In this document: positions 37,401 through 51,973 of the stretch, piece after piece
Layout of the letters: the number at the start of each line of letters is the position of its first letter
Position numbering within the stretch: the stretch's first letter is position 1
The notes under the pieces: model-generated
Seen by the model: only the letters and a program-made list of their open reading frames with translations
What the model was told of the DNA's origin: nothing
Database searches by the model: none
Translations under genes and position numbers: made by a program
Assembly: GCA_030704615.1 (NCBI GenBank)
Contig: CM060734.1
Coordinates: 58,838,001-58,902,000 of the forward strand
Length of the DNA stretch: 64,000 nt
Source of the DNA: Takakia lepidozioides
Lineage: Eukaryota; Plantae; Bryophyta
Reading direction: 5' to 3'

Positions 37401-40400
37401 TGACAGAATCTTGTGGCCCAATTACCTTTCGGCTTTATCTCCCTCTCTCCTCAGGGCATTGGGTCGTTTCAGGGTGGGCTCCCCCAATCTACGGATAGAT
37501 TGTACTCATAAGACGTTGTTTGCCGTAGCCTTGTGGCCATTGACCCCGCGAGCGGGAACAAAAGGGACAGAACCTACCTCTGTCAGGGCTGACGTTGGTA
37601 GTAAGACTTACCTCCATATATAGAATTAATCCGGGTTTTCCAGATATCCTCTAGAAATCCCTTCACACAAGCATCAATCTGCTGTGTGTGATTTGCCCAA
37701 AAACTAGGCCTCAGGAGGGCCTGGGCTTTTGGCTCAGCCTCGAGACTTTCAAAGTTGGTAAACAGGGGTACAGGCACAATACCCTTAAGAGATTTGAAGA
37801 GAGCGTCTCTTTGGTGAGAGAACCCCGGACAGTGTATCAGAAAATGAATACTGTCTTCAGATTGCCCACACAACCAGCAATTGCACTCTCCCTTTCCTCT
37901 CTGCTTCTGTTTGCTGTTCAAAGGTAGGCTTCCTGCCCTGAGTTTAAATTTCAGTCTAGTGCCGAGAGTGGGTAGACCCTTGAGGTCATCCAAGATGTCC
38001 TCCCCCATGTCACAGACTGGAAACAAGTTCAGGGAAGTTTTCTGCCTAACTTCATTTTCATCAGACAATCTCATGGCAACAGACATGGCTGAGGACACTA
38101 CAGCCTCTAAGTCAGATTTATCCAGCAGGGTCAAGACTTGCGGATCCAGGTCCAGGTCCTTGAGGATCTCTTCTACTCTCTTCTGCCAGGACTTAGCCTG
38201 TTTGACAGGGCGGTCCTGTTTCCAAGATATAGAGTCGATTAACTTAGGATATCTGGTGTTGGGCATATGTTGCAGCTGACCCCACCATCTGACCTTGAAT
38301 TCATCTCGTCGGGAGCTTAAGGACGGAGTGCCAAACTCACCCCGAACAGCCACATTGGCTGTTTTGGAGCATGCTGACATACACTCCTTAAGCACCCCCA
38401 CTTGAATGGATTCTAGAGACTTAGCCTGGTTGGAGTTATCAACCCATATAGCAGATCCGTACTCCAAGGCAGGTCTAATAACGCGACAAAGCATGGTTTT
38501 CTTAACCTCAGAGTTGACCCCTCTGCAGTGGAAAAATTTAGTGAGCCCCAGAGCTTTGCCCTTGCCAGTTTGAACAACTTTCCGGATATGTGCATCCCAA
38601 TTACAATTGGAGGAGAACTCAACGCCCAGGTAAGTGTAGGAAGGGAGGACCGGGATCTCTTGGCTACCCCACTGCCACTTAAGATCACTTCCTCCCTCTC
38701 CTCTGTCGTTGAATGCTACCACTGCACATTTGCTGACATTAGCCTCTAGCCCCCAAAGATCAAAGTATCTCTTCGCGCAATCAATCAACTCCTGGAGTCT
38801 CCCCTATGCCTGCGAAGTCATCCGCAAACATAAGGGCTGGTATGGTGGTATCACCCACCCTTAACCCAAATCCCTCACTTTCCACATCCTCGAGGAGTTG
38901 ATTGATGAAAACATTGAAGAGCAGAGGGGAGAGAGTACATCCTTGAGCTACACCTTGGTCTATGTCAAAGAAGTTGGACTTCTGTCCATTAACAGTGACA
39001 CAGCTTTTGGTGTGAGCATACAAGTTGTGGACAACTCTCCACATCTTTCCCTTGATCCCACGGATAGAGACTGGTGGATGGGAAAGCCTACAACGGGAGG
39101 ATCGCCTATGCCCAGCATGTACCGGGCACAACCAGGAAATCGAAACTCAAGAACACTTACTTCTTTTATTGCCCTCTATACTATTGAGATCCGTGGGAGA
39201 TTCAACTGTCTATTCCATGGAACCCCATCTCTCACTGAGGTCTTCCATTATGAGGATCAGAAATGCTTGGCAGCTTATCTGCATGAGGCCTTGGCCCTTA
39301 GGCAAACCCTTCAGCAGTAGTTGCTTCTGGGCTGCTTTTGGCTGTGGTTGTCTCTTCTTTCTGGTTTCTCCCTTATGTCCCATAAGCTCTTTGAGCTTTC
39401 CGCGGACGTTATAAAGTACCATTTCATTTCCTCTCTTGCAAAATGGCCACTCTTCATCTGTCCAGAAAAGGGGCATTGTGGTCACAAGGCTATATTGAGT
39501 GCTAAGCAACCACACATTGTAGAGTCTGATTGCTGAATTCTCTGACTCTGTCCCAGCTGATTAACGAAGGGGGCACCATACCCGCGATAGCCGTCCGGCA
39601 TCCAATGCCCTTCTGAACTTGCTCTCCAAGGCCTTGGCAACAATTTTCACCTCTTTCTCAGGAACTGCAAAGCAGATGGAGTGCTCACTACTCGCCTGCA
39701 AGCAATTCGAACACATAAGGTCTTGACCTGATACAGACAGTGGAAAAAAGCTTGGCAATAGTAAAAAGACTTGTGAAAAACTTCTGTTGAATCCATGACA
39801 TGGCTGACACTGAGAATGGCCCTGAATCCACTTAAGGTACACATAATGCTGCAACACTTCCTGATAGGAACAATGACAGCAATACTGAATAGTAAGATCA
39901 ACAAGTGGAGTTACTTTCTTAACACCCTATTGGGTACATTGAAATGACAAAATCACTCTAGAAGGTACCCTAGATAACCATTTTTTGCAACCATTCATCA
40001 AAACACAAATGTGCTTGATCAGAAAAGGCTTTAGCTCAGCCTTGCCAGGAAAAAACAGTACTGAATACCTGCGAGATCATAACCACATTAGCACCGACAC
40101 CTTTCACTGTTTCAAAGATATCACTCGCTGTTCCTGGTACCCCTGCCATGCCTGTCCTGCACTCAAGAGTCCACCAAAATCCTGGAAATATTAGCATGGC
40201 ATCCAGATTAGAAAGTTTGAAAGTAATTGTTCAGACATATTGGATCCCACTGCAGCTGCTCATTTTTCTTTCGTTGCCATTAGAAGAGTGGTATTGAGAC
40301 CAGGCAAGATGCATACCCTTCGACATTCACCAGGGCTAGATTATCAATGGTGGCGAAGCCCTTGACCACTGAATCTGCAACATTGTAGGCGACAGGTTGG

Positions 40401-43400
40401 GTTTCACCAGGTCCTGGAACAGGGGATCGCCCTATCTTCGTCCCCGGAGCCCCCACATTGAAAACATTGCGGATGGTGATGGGAATATTGTGCTTCATGA
40501 CAGGGATCGTGGTACGGGGGTGCAGTACATTTGCCCCAAAATACGACTGCCCAAAATGAAGGCACAAGGTATACATAAGCTTGGAGCTGCAGCTACAAAA
40601 AATTCTACTCATTTATTGCAGTAGGAAATTACAGAATATATGAAGCGAAATTGCACATAACAAGGCCCCAGATAGGATGGGACAGGGAGACGGTGACAGG
40701 GACACAATCTATAAGAGCCACTGAACAGGCTGCTGGATAAAATCCCACTCACAATGCTTATTTCGCTAATAGATGACATCCCAGGAAAAAGCGTCAAAGG
40801 CATCTATTGAAGCACATTGAGTTGAAATGAAAACCCACACTCCAAAGATTCTGGGGCCAAACATGCATACCATCTCCCAGGCCTCCTGGTAAGAGAGGGT
40901 GCTGAGCACAACCGCTTCATTCACTGCAACATGATACACCAGCAGACATCAAGCATCTCATATACCCAAACTTAAAAGACTACTTGTGAGTGAGCGATGG
41001 TGATCCTAATGGCAGACACTGAGAAAGACAACAATTGCTGTCATGCAGCTCCCAGTTAGACGAAAAAATCCCTGCATAGGTAGGCTTCTGTTTGTGCTGT
41101 GACTTTAAATTGGTCAGAAAATGCGTAGTTTAGATGAAATGCTCCATGGGGAATTCCACACTCTAGCTGCTGTGGAGAAACTTCCATGAGATGAGGTGCA
41201 GTACTCAGTTGCCTGCCTCAACCCTGCATATTTCAATTCACAAAGACCTGGGTATCTGCAAATCATACACAAACATGATAAAGTATGTCGTTTTCCAAAT
41301 CCATGCAGTAATCGACTACCAGTCAGAGAATAGCAGGATACCAAACATGCTTTAACATCCAACTACAATAACCAGAGCTGAAGGCAGCACTGACATACTT
41401 CAGAAAACAAACAATGAACTGAAGGATAGCCCTCAAGACACACAATATACACAGCAGTATCATCCGGATGACCCAGATTACCTTTTCTTGGGTCAGCACT
41501 ATAGACACCATCAACATCAGTCCAGATGGTGACTTTGCCAGCTTGGAGAAGAGCCCCCATGATGGCTGCTGAGAAATCACTGCCATCACGTTTCAATGTT
41601 GTTGGGATGTTGTCAGGAGTGCTGGCAATGAATCCAGTGACAATTATGGTGTCGGCTGGGAATCGCGAATACCACTTCTCAAGTTTCTTTGCTGAGGCTT
41701 CAAAATCAGGGTCAACTTGCTGACTGCTTGTTGGATTTACCACCAGTACCTCTCTTGCATCCATCCACACACATGAAAGTCCTCTCTGCAATGAAACATA
41801 ATGCACTCATTCTCTGAATTGCTAAGGACATTCCATGTCAACACATCTTCTCGCGAGTCCAGGATCAAGAAAATATACCCAGATATGCATGCATGAAATG
41901 GCACCGTACACACCCCCACATGCATTCACTTTTAATTTGTGCACACATCTCCCTTGCCTTCATCGTCTAACTAGTAGGGAAACATGTAAGGGCGGTAAAT
42001 TCCTGTGAACGTGTACCTTCCTTACAGTAGCAGCAAGCATCTGAGCCGACCACAGTTCACCATGCCCCACCACGAAGTCTGCAAAGGACTCTGTAGCCTG
42101 ACCAGCTGCACCATTGGCACAGCTTTTCCGTCACTAACAGATGGAAGAATGAGGGGAAAAGACAGTATAGACATGGAGAGAATGTTAACATACTACAAGA
42201 TAGAAACCTCAATCAATAGAATTTGCCAGCAAACCTTCTCTCTGCAAGAATTCAAGACCCCAACATGTACGAATAATACACACCAATGTAAATGGCACGA
42301 AGCATTGCCCGAAGGTTGTTCACATCCTTTTCCAAGGTCGTCAAAAACTCAGAGAGGTCGTCTCCTTCCTCTAGAAGAGCAACTGCAGTGATTTTATGCT
42401 TCTCAAACAGCTCATCCAGGGCAGTGATGTAAGTATCATCACGGGTTTGAGCTTTACCCAACACATTGTACATCATGTCTGTCACTTTGGACATGGCAGA
42501 AACTACGACCACCTTGCGGACTGAACAATCATCCACAATAATCTTGGCCACATTTTGAATCCTCTCACAGGAACCCACACAAGTCCCACCAAATTTGTGC
42601 ACAGACCATGTGTTCCCACGCGGAAGAATTTGCTCCCTGTTTGTCTCCTGGGTAACCACATCTGCAAAGCATGTAGTCATGCGTGAGACGCTTACGATCA
42701 ATGTTGCAGCAGATACTTAAGATAATATTTCTTGTGGGGAAACAGTTTCATGTGCCACGTTCCATTAAGTTTATGCCTCTGATTAGTGGAGCCCTATCCT
42801 GCATGTCTTGAAAAGTTGAATCACACACCTCGCATCACACATTCAGACCTTAGAATAGTCAGCACTGGATACGGAGCTTGGATAACCCATTTGAGGACAA
42901 AATGACATACTGAGCATTCGTTGAAATGCAGCATTCATCTCCAATTCAATGACATCTTGAAGCATATATTATCTCAAGGGCCAGAAAGTACCTGCAAGAG
43001 CTGCCTGGATACACCTCCTGCCTCTCCAGAATCCATCAAGCCTGAACCTGCCATAAAATTTCCTTTCAGGCATAAGCTACGATAACAAAATAACTAGATA
43101 GAAGGGAGTACTTCAGTTTCAAGCATAAACTGGCTAGTAACTTCAGCACTGAACATATACTGATTGTTCAATTTCATCATAAGCCATGTGGGTAGGAGTG
43201 GTTTGCAGAAGTACCCTGAATCACTTCCTTACTTTCAAGACAAGTTATCCTTCTATTCACAACAATGCAAGTGCTCTGGGGGAAAAAAGGTTACAAGAAA
43301 ACCTCTGAGGTCCAAGAGTGATGCAATTACGGAGCACAAAATCGAAACTTGATCACTCTGACTGTCTCTTTTGGTTTATGAAACAAGACAATCTCTTTGG

Positions 43401-43861
43401 GGACAAACAAAGTAAATCTTTCCCTGCAAATTTCGGTCCACAAAATTTTCTCAAATGGAACCCTCCAAAGGAATTGCCACATGCATATAATGAATTGTAA
43501 CAACTACATGCACACCAAAAGGCAAGACTTTTTTCTGCGTCTCATTTTGGAAGCCTTTGTCTGTCCGATGTCCCGCACCTCTCTCTCTGTCTCTCTATCA
43601 CCTTCCTGTGTCGCTGTAAAGTTTCTCTCCCTTTCAGCAGAAAACGGTAAAAGGAGCTTACTCAGGCAACCGAGGGTGACTACAAATTCGAAGGAGACCA
43701 TTGAAGGACCTGAAAGCCTGGGGAGACCCAACACCCTTTGGGAATCCTACCGAGTCGACCGATGCTCCAGGGCGAGGTTCCGAGGTCCACGGAGGTGAAA
43801 GCTTGCAGATAACAGCAGGGGAGGAGGGCTTTGGAAGAGCAGGGGAGAAAGATAGCGCCAT
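31470..43861 (-). CDS. AK-HSDH: Plastid bifunctional aspartate kinase-homoserine dehydrogenase (~18 exons)
   Basis: Transit-peptide-like exon 43861-43662; HKFGGT, RDGSDFSA, TDVDGVYSADP, ACT-domain SEHSI/SEYNI, GPGLIG, TPNKKANSG, YEATVGAGLP, EPDPRDDLSG, GPGAGAEVTAGGV..LGAPS*. Confidence 0.96.
35790..39330 (+). mobile_element. 5'-truncated LINE A (RTE-X-like) in an AK-HSDH intron, split by LINE B
   Basis: NYRTI, QAGFR, FVDF, LLCADD, KTKIM, YKHLG; C-terminal LRI|ETGGW..REDRLC..C..EHLLL resumes at 39061. Confidence 0.88.
37500..39059 (-). mobile_element. 5'-truncated LINE B nested in LINE A
   Basis: GVAQGCTLSPLLF, MFADD, YTYLG, CCHC finger CWLC..HFLIHC; 9-bp TSD ACGGATAGA at 37491-99 and 39060-68. 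Confidence 0.92.
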
Positions 43862-46464
43862 GGACAGCCCTACTCACCCTTGTCCGCGCAATGCAGCTAA
43901 GTTTAGGACCGAAAGGATCCAGAATGATGATGGGTTCTTCTTTATGTAGATGTCGACACACCTGAGAGTACTCAGGAAGATCTTTTCTGGCGACTGGGGA
44001 AGACGACCATCCCGAACCTAACACCGAACCAGAACAACCAGCTTTGCCAGGTTCACGTACATCTCTACTATCGAATGAGGCATGAGTGCCTAGGGAGTCC
44101 TTCAGTATACTACAGCAATTCGGTAGGAAGTTGGCGAAGCTTCCATAAAAAATCCCATTCATTAGGGAACTGTGGCCGCACAGAACGTGCTGTGGTGGCT
44201 TTCAAACCCAATTGCGCTTCTGACGCTTATATTGCGTGATGCCCAAAGCAAAGGAGTTGCCAAGCTGCACGAATCTTCCCCCCCTTATCTACACAGACAC
44301 GGTCCCACTTTCTCCTTGTTTCCAGGCCCAATAACATCCCAGAGCAGCGCAAGCAACCAACCAGCACTTCTGGCATGGCAATGTGGGGGCCCGCACAGAC
44401 AGACACAGCGACAGAGCTGCAACGCAAAGTGGAGCGCAGACAACCCAGGATTGCTGCATCCCCAGCATACAGACAAACTACACTGCACGAGACGCTGGGT
44501 CGGGTCGGGTCGCGCCGGTCCGGGCCGCCATCTCCACCGGGCGACAACCCTCGTGTCGACTTGTATGGATGGATGAAGGTGGGTGGGGTGGAGAGGCTAG
44601 ATGGACAGATCAGGAGTGGCGGCTTGGGCCAAACCTAGCCTGTCCCGGACCTGTGTTTTAACCAGTGTTGGGCTGGTAAATAGGGCCTAGCCGGGAATCA
44701 ACTAGGGAACCAGGGTATTAAATAACCGAACCGGCTGGTATTGGCTGTCGTAATACTCAGGCTAATAACCGAACCGCCTGGTATTGACAATTTCAATACC
44801 TAGGTCAATACGCTACATAGGCGGTATTGACAAAAGCAATACCATACTTACCCAACTTATTAGGCAATGATTAATTCAAAATCAAGTGCCTAATTAAATT
44901 TAGAACAGTTTTGGAAAATGTGCCTAAAACTTGGAAACAATTCCTGAGAAGTGCCTAATTTATTTTCAAAACCATTATGTTTTTTAAAAAGAAAATTACC
45001 TCAACAATAGGGTCGATTGTAATACATGCCTAATGTTTGGAAATTACCTGGGCGAGGTGCCTAAATAATAAAAACGAATCTGCCTAATAATATTCCATTT
45101 TTATTAATTATCAGGCATGGAAGTGCCTAATAAGCTAGGTAAGTACCCGTGCAATACCCATATTACAGTATGGGCAAAAACAAGGACTCCACACATAGAT
45201 ATGAAGTTGGGGCCGTTGCACAAGTCAGGGGTAAGGGCATGTCTAGCCCCAAGGGCCTGACGGTAGCAATGACAGTAGCACATGTAGGTAGGGCAACGTC
45301 CACTTGGCATTGACAACCTTGACAAATTAGTGCTAACTTTTAAGAAATTGGCCGGATGATGCGGACGGATTGCAAGGTTGTTGAGCCAAGGGATCACGGA
45401 TTTCTTTTTGTCGGAAGACAATACGATTGATGAAAATGAGGACCTCATTGCGGATGCTGGCATGCTTGACAAAGAGGCTTGCAATCAGTTTTCTCTTAAC
45501 AAAACTCGCTTCACTTTGCGTACTAAAATTTGCAACATTATTATGTAATGCAAAGTCTGAATTTTGCAGCAGAATATCTAATTTCTTTGTGAAATAAAAA
45601 ATTAAAGGCATATGAATGATTTGGTGGTTATCTTAATTATTTGTATCCCGGTTGAGCCGGTATTACGATTGGAACTTTACCCGTCCTATTGATATCTGTC
45701 CACAAATCAAAAAGAACTGGCGGATATTAAGCATGATACCGAGCATGATCTCCTCTCTGGTTCACTCCTCTGTTGAAAGGCAAGGATAGACTTTCAAAGG
45801 AAAATTCCAATGCTCTCAGGCCCTGTGCTTTCCAACGGACAGAGATGAAGCAAGCTTCACAATACATCTCGTTCATCTCTCTCCCCAGGATCTCCCATCA
45901 TTGTTCTTTCATTCTTCTTTCTGTTACTAGCAAGTATGGCTCCTCATGGAAAATATCTTCATTCATAAGCTCCAGAAACATCCTTCTCCCCCGTCTCACC
46001 ACCTCGGCTCTGTTTATGAGCCGTCACGTCAACTTCGACGCAACCACCTCTCTGGCATGTCCCCCCCAGGCACTAAAGTCGCAAAATGGTGGCTACTTAC
46101 TTCTGTAAAGTCTTTGCAAAGCCTCCACAAGGCAGAATCTCTATATGAACTGTGACAGAAGAGCGATAAATGGAGGATACTGGGCCGCCCTTTGCCCTTA
46201 CGTTCTCTATTAACAGGGAAGTATCACTGCCCTATGATAGGTCAATCTGCACTGTGGTGATTTCACTGCAACTGCTTCATTCCCACCCCCCTGCAATTCC
46301 ACCTCCACTCTCTATCCTCTTTCTCTATCCTCTCTCTTCAGTGCCTGCGGTGACCACTAACCCCACAATTCCCCTTTCTCAAAGCAACTCTCTCCTCCCC
46401 TTTTCTAGTCTCAGCTGATTCATCTCAAACTTGCATTCACTGAAGCAGCTATTCATTCCATTTC

Positions 46465-48500
46465 TTGGCTAATCAATGCTCTACCCTATCCTTCGTTGCA
46501 GTCCTTCTCATGGAATCCAGAGGTCGCGGCTCCAAAGGTGATAAGCGCGCACGTGCTTCCCCAACGGCTAAAGCCAAAAGCCAGATTTGGAAAGCGAAAA
46601 ACGCTTCGATGGAGGCAGCAGGTGCATCTATTCTTGGAAAAGGCCCAGCAGGCCCAACATCCCCTGCCCCACACCCCTCGCCAATCCCTTCAGAAGTGTT
46701 ATGGGAAGACACTGTTCTTCACATGGAGAAGGAGCAGCCAGTTCTGATCCTCAACAAGGGCAAATTACAAGCGCAAGCTGAGAAGCTAACCAAAACAGGC
46801 ATACTGCTATACTTTCCTGGAAAACTGTGGCCTTGCAGGTCGATTAGACGATGGGTCATCGAACATCTGGGAGAGAGATGGTCTGGCACATCATTTCAGC
46901 CTCTCCATGGGGCGAGGTTTCTATGCGATCTTCTTTTCCTCGTCACTGATGCAGACAAGGCACTCCGCTTCAACACCCAGCAGTCCTCAACAAGAGTGTA
47001 TATCTTCCCTTGGACACATGATTGGGGCCACAAAAAGGGCATTTTGTGGAGACCTAGGGTGATAGCAATCCCCTTCCTCCCACCCACTTATCTCACTTCA
47101 CTGCCTGAGATTGGTGCCAGCTTTGGCACATTCATAGGAGCCATAAACGTGTGTGAGCCGGTGCAAGACACAGTCTTAAGTGTTGACACTGAGGTGACAA
47201 ATTATGAATCCAACTCAGACAGTGGAGTCCCTAAGATTATAGTGCTCATGCCAGAGAATGTGCCAATTGGAACCTCTATTAAATTGCCAACACTGGACGA
47301 CTCATTCATTGTGGTAGCAATGAAAGAGGAGGTCATTTCCATTATGTGTTTCCAATGCAATGCTTAAGGTCACATCAAGGCAGACTGCCCCATTAGCAAA
47401 GGCACCAAGAGAGATGAGGGATCCTCTCAACCATTGGAGGACCTTTCTAAAGAAGGGCAAAGCTCACAAGACCAGGAAACAAATGCAAAGGTGGCAAGTG
47501 GGCTGGCCATGGACATGATGAGGATTCCCACCTCAAAAAAAAAAAAAAAAAACGCAGATCACCTGGAGGCTAATCTCCCAAAAAGACCTATAGGCTCTGG
47601 CTTCTTCCCTGTCAGAATCATGGAGGGTTGGGGCTCTTTCCCCTTCTGAAAATGGACTGCAGCAACTGGACACTACCAGCCTGACAATCTCCTTTTTGGA
47701 GCTACACTCCTTCAACATGAAGCTGCTGGCTGGCTGGGCACCAGGCTCTTCTTACGCCAGAGAGAAAGCTGCGATCTGCATCACCCCCCTGTTTTACACC
47801 TTCACTGACGACTACACAAACTTTTTCTTCCCAAGCGTCAACACAGGGTTTCCAATCTGCTTGGGTCACCGAGGCCATGGCGCAAAAATTCGGGATCGGA
47901 AAGGAGAGAGAGATCACCTTGGCCCTCACACAAGGGCTTCTTCAGGATTTCTTTCCTAAACTCAATCTCTCATTGTCTCATATGAAGGATATTGGAATCA
48001 TGGTGGAAAACAATGAGGCTCATGCAGACCTGGCAATCGTGCATGTGCTCCCAGTGATATACAATAGGGATTTGGACACTACCGGTGCACATAACTCCTG
48101 GATTTGGGTGTGCAAGTATTTCCTGTCTTGCAGGGTAAAAGACCCCAATGAATGGGCAATGAGCAAGAAATTTTTCGAAGAAGGAATTAAGCTTGTGGAT
48201 GAGCACTACGAAATGAACAAATCCAACCTGGGAGCTGGCCTGCCACAGCAGGAGCATGAACTTCCATACTTACTTCCCTCTCGATTTCTTTGTGCCTATC
48301 ACCTCTGATTGCAAAAGAGTCTGGACATTGTTGATAGACTGCAATCCTAATCAGAAAAAGCTGCTCCCAGGCTGGCGACATCCCTCTCTCCAATCTTCAT
48401 CCCCTTCTGCGCTCCTCTTTCTATCAAAAGCTTTGTCTTGGGATATCTCTGCAGAAACATTATCCGTCTGGAGAGAGAGCAGAAACCAGTTTGTGCCCTT
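46465..48500 (+). mobile_element. L1-type LINE ORF1 remnant
   Basis: 300-aa ORF ending in the zinc knuckle CFQCNA*GHIKADCP (internal stop); pyrimidine-rich leader. Confidence 0.7.
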
Positions 48501-48507
48501 CAATTAC

Positions 48508-50346
48508 AAAAGCAAGAGGAATTGTACCAGATGTCATTCTGAACAATACCGTGGCAAGCATGTTTGCAAGATGTGGGTGCATCTAGGATGCAAAGGGAGT
48601 GTTCGACACTATGGCTGAACGACATGTGGTGATGCTTACAGGGTATGCACGGCAGGGACGTGGGATGGAGGGTTTGGAGAGCTATGAGCAAATGATGGGG
48701 GAAGCACATCATGTTTGTGTGCATTTGCAATGTTTGTGCAAGCCTGGCAGCCGGCTTGGAGAAGGGCAAGAGGTGCATGGGGATATCATCAAAGCTGGAA
48801 TTGTGCCAAATGTCAATCTGAACACTGCCTTGGCAGCTTAGGGGTAAGAGGTCCATGGTGACATCTTCAGAGTTGGAATTGTTCTAGATGTCATTCTGAA
48901 CAAAACCCTGGTGAACATGTTTGCAAAATGTGGGTGCATCTAGGATGCAAAAAGAGTGTTCGACACTATGGCTGAATGAGATGTGATGTCGTGGAGTGCG
49001 TCGATACTTGCATGGTATGCACGGCAGGGACGTGGGATGGAGGCTTTGGAGAGCTATGAGCAAATGATGGGGGAAGGGGTGGCACCTTCTTCAATAGCAC
49101 AACGGCTACGAGTGGGTAGATGGTCAACTGGAAACAGCAATGGCAGTAGCGCAATTGATAGAACAATGCCCACTGTTAATGAAGGTACCTTCTTCAACAT
49201 ATTTCACGTTGAATTCCCCTGCTATCAGAGTCGTCCCTAAGTATCCAAAAACAGGTAACAGATGTGAGAAAAAGCTGTGGGATGAATACTTTTCTGACCC
49301 GAGTAATTGGTGGGACAACCGAGGCAAAAAGGTGAATGCCTGTCAGATTACAGAGTGTAGCAGATGCAATTGACCATAGGATCTAGTGTGATAAGTTGAG
49401 TTGGGTGCAATTGCACTCTCCCTTTCCTCTCAGCTTCTGTTTTCTATTCAAATGTAGGATTCCTGCCCTTAGTTTAAATTTCAGTCTGGTGCCGAGAGTG
49501 GGTAGACCCTTGAGGTCATCCATGATGTCATCCCCCATGTCACAAACTGGAAACAAGTCCAGGGAAGTTTTCTACCTATCTTCATTTTTATCGGACAATT
49601 TTCTGGAAACGGACATGGCTTTGGACACTACAGCCTCTAAGTCAGTAGGGTTGGGGCATTTGCTGGGACAATTCTAAAAGGAGAATGTTTGTCAGATTAC
49701 CAGATGTCATTCTGAACACTGCCCCTGCCCTGGTGGACATGTATGCCAGATGTGGAAAAGGGGAAAGAGGTCCATGGCGTCATCTTCAGAGCTATGGCTG
49801 AATGAGATGTGGTGTTGTGGAATGTGATGCTTGCAGGGTGTGCAGAGCAGGGGCGCTATATGGGGCTTTGGAGACCTGAAAGCAAATGATGGGGGAAGGG
49901 GTGAAGTTTGACCAAATCATGTTTGTATGCGTTTGCAGTGCGTGTGCAAGCCTGGCAGCCCTGGAAAAGGGCATCGGAGGTGCATGGTTGCATCACCAAA
50001 GCTGGAAATGTACCAGATAGATCAATAGCTACAAGAAACCTGCATGGGTAGATGGTCAACTAGAAGCCGCAGCAGCAGTGGCACAATGATAAACTCAGGC
50101 ACTGGTAATGAAGGCACCTTCTTCAACACATTTCACCTTGTTTTTCCCTCTTATCAGAATCGGCCCTAAGTTTTCATGTTGAATTCTGCAAGTTAGCTGG
50201 TTGAGTGAGCCTTTGATAGTTTGGAGCGACTTTGACATGGTACTGCCAATGTGACAACCAGAAACAGGTAACAGCTAAGATGAGGAAAAGCTGTGGAATG
50301 AATACTTTTATGATCCCAGTCAATGGTGGGACAACCGAGGCAAAAA
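48508..50346 (+). pseudogene. Second PPR + PDF-motif pseudogene fragment
   Basis: Same PPR family as 0.7-7.5 kb. In-frame WVDGQLE..KKLWDEYFSDPSNWWDNRGKK|gt (49112-49331), INSYKKPAWVDGQLE (~50022-50065), LWNEYFYDPSQWWDNRGK (50291-50344). Confidence 0.88.
49407..49645 (-). mobile_element. Internal fragment of the LINE B family
   Basis: Clear diverged match to ~37877-38115. Confidence 0.9.
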
Positions 50347-50518
50347 CTTCATGAACTTAAGGCATGAGTTCAGTGTTCCTAGCATGTATGCAGAGACGCC
50401 GTGTAGAAGTTAGGCTCAGACTTTTATCATGGCTGGATTTTGTTGACAATGTTCCAGAACTTATTCTCTGGGATTCTATTCTATTTTGTGGAGCTTGAAT
50501 CCCCAATGGTACTTCTTT

Positions 50519-51413
50519 CACTACACTAGTGGTATGTGTTCCTCTAGTCATGTTCCTAATCACTTGCACATCACTGTAATAGTGGTATAATTTAAAACTG
50601 TGGGAGTAGCCAAATGCACACAATTGCCCACATTACCACTCATATAGTGGTATAATTAATCGCCTATATATTATTGTATTAGTGGTATGGATTCCTCTAG
50701 TGGTATTCCTAATCACTTACACACCACTCTATTAGTAATCACTCCAATCCATAGTTCCCACTCAGAGAGACACCATGGATGACTCAAACAGCTTACATAC
50801 CACTCTGTGGGTAATCATTCCAATGACCTGCTGAGAGACGTCATCCACTCACATAACCACGCTGTGAATGATATTGTATATTCTCAGTTTTCATAGAATG
50901 ACTATATGAGTCATTTTGTGATCACTCAACGAGTGATTTCGGAAGTCATCAAAATTTTCACTCCATCCATTTTGTAGCACTGACACACAACACATGTCCA
51001 AGCTAAGAGTGTCGCCACGTGTTGACATAATCTCCAATATCATCCACGGACCACCGGCTTACACACAACACATGTCCAAGCTAAGAGTGTCGCCACGTGT
51101 CGACATAATCTCCAATATCATCCACGGACCACCGGCTTACACGTGTCCACTGCAAAACGGAAGTCATTACTTTACCACTGTGACACGTCATAAGTGGTTA
51201 GTTTACCTATGTGACACGTCAGCTAACAGGTGGACCCGGACGTGAGTGGTTCGAACCACTGTCCTTAACCACTAGTGCCACGTAATGTCTTTTACCACTC
51301 ACTTGTCCTAATCCACTGGTTCTTCATCACTTTGGGGCCAGAGTGGTTTAGTGTCTTTTACCATTTAGAATGAGTGGTTAATAGAGTGGTTATTCCACGT
51401 TTTTCTTCTAGTG
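50519..51413. mobile_element. CACTA element end fragment
   Basis: Terminus TTTTTCTTCTAGTG at 51413; dense ACCACT/AGTGGT subterminal repeats; no matching second TIR seen. Confidence 0.65.
50983..51142. repeat. 78-bp tandem duplication
   Basis: 50983-51060 equals 51061-51138 with one mismatch. Confidence 0.95.
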
Positions 51414-51973
51414 AATTAGCTCATGAAAAAATGGCAGAGTGATGCGAAATGAAGACATAAATACAGACAAGTCATATTTGCAAATGCATACAAGCCTTGA
51501 AATTGAGGAACGAGCATTCAACGACATTACCAGGCATGTACGCAGGAATTGTATTACATAAATGTGTGGGAACACAATAGGTGTGGCACTTGCCACATGC
51601 CCAGAACCAAAACCGGACTACGTTGACGCATGGTCTCAATCACTACAACTATCCCCTGAAACTGTGGCATTTTCATCCACGAAAACCCGAGCTCTTTGGT
51701 GCATTTTCTGCTTCCGAGCACACGGGGGAGATTTGTTCAACAACTGCTGTCGAGCAATGGCCTCAGCGTACTCTGGCAGGATGTACGAACGTGGAGGGCT
51801 GCACCAGAAGTCGGACTGAAAAACACAGACGTTGTGCAAAGGAATAGCTTCCAATATCCTGACAACCAACGTGAACGCAATGCATTAGCGAACATAGAAG
51901 AAAAGGGAATGGTGGGGGGTTGTGTTCGAGAACTAAGATTCAGAATACAGAATACAAGATACAAAATTTCAAC

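Noticed and set aside
50519-50540. CACTAC as the left TIR pairing with 51413
   Set aside because: Does not match CACTAGAAGAAAAA beyond 5 nt and there is no TSD; looks like a subterminal repeat.
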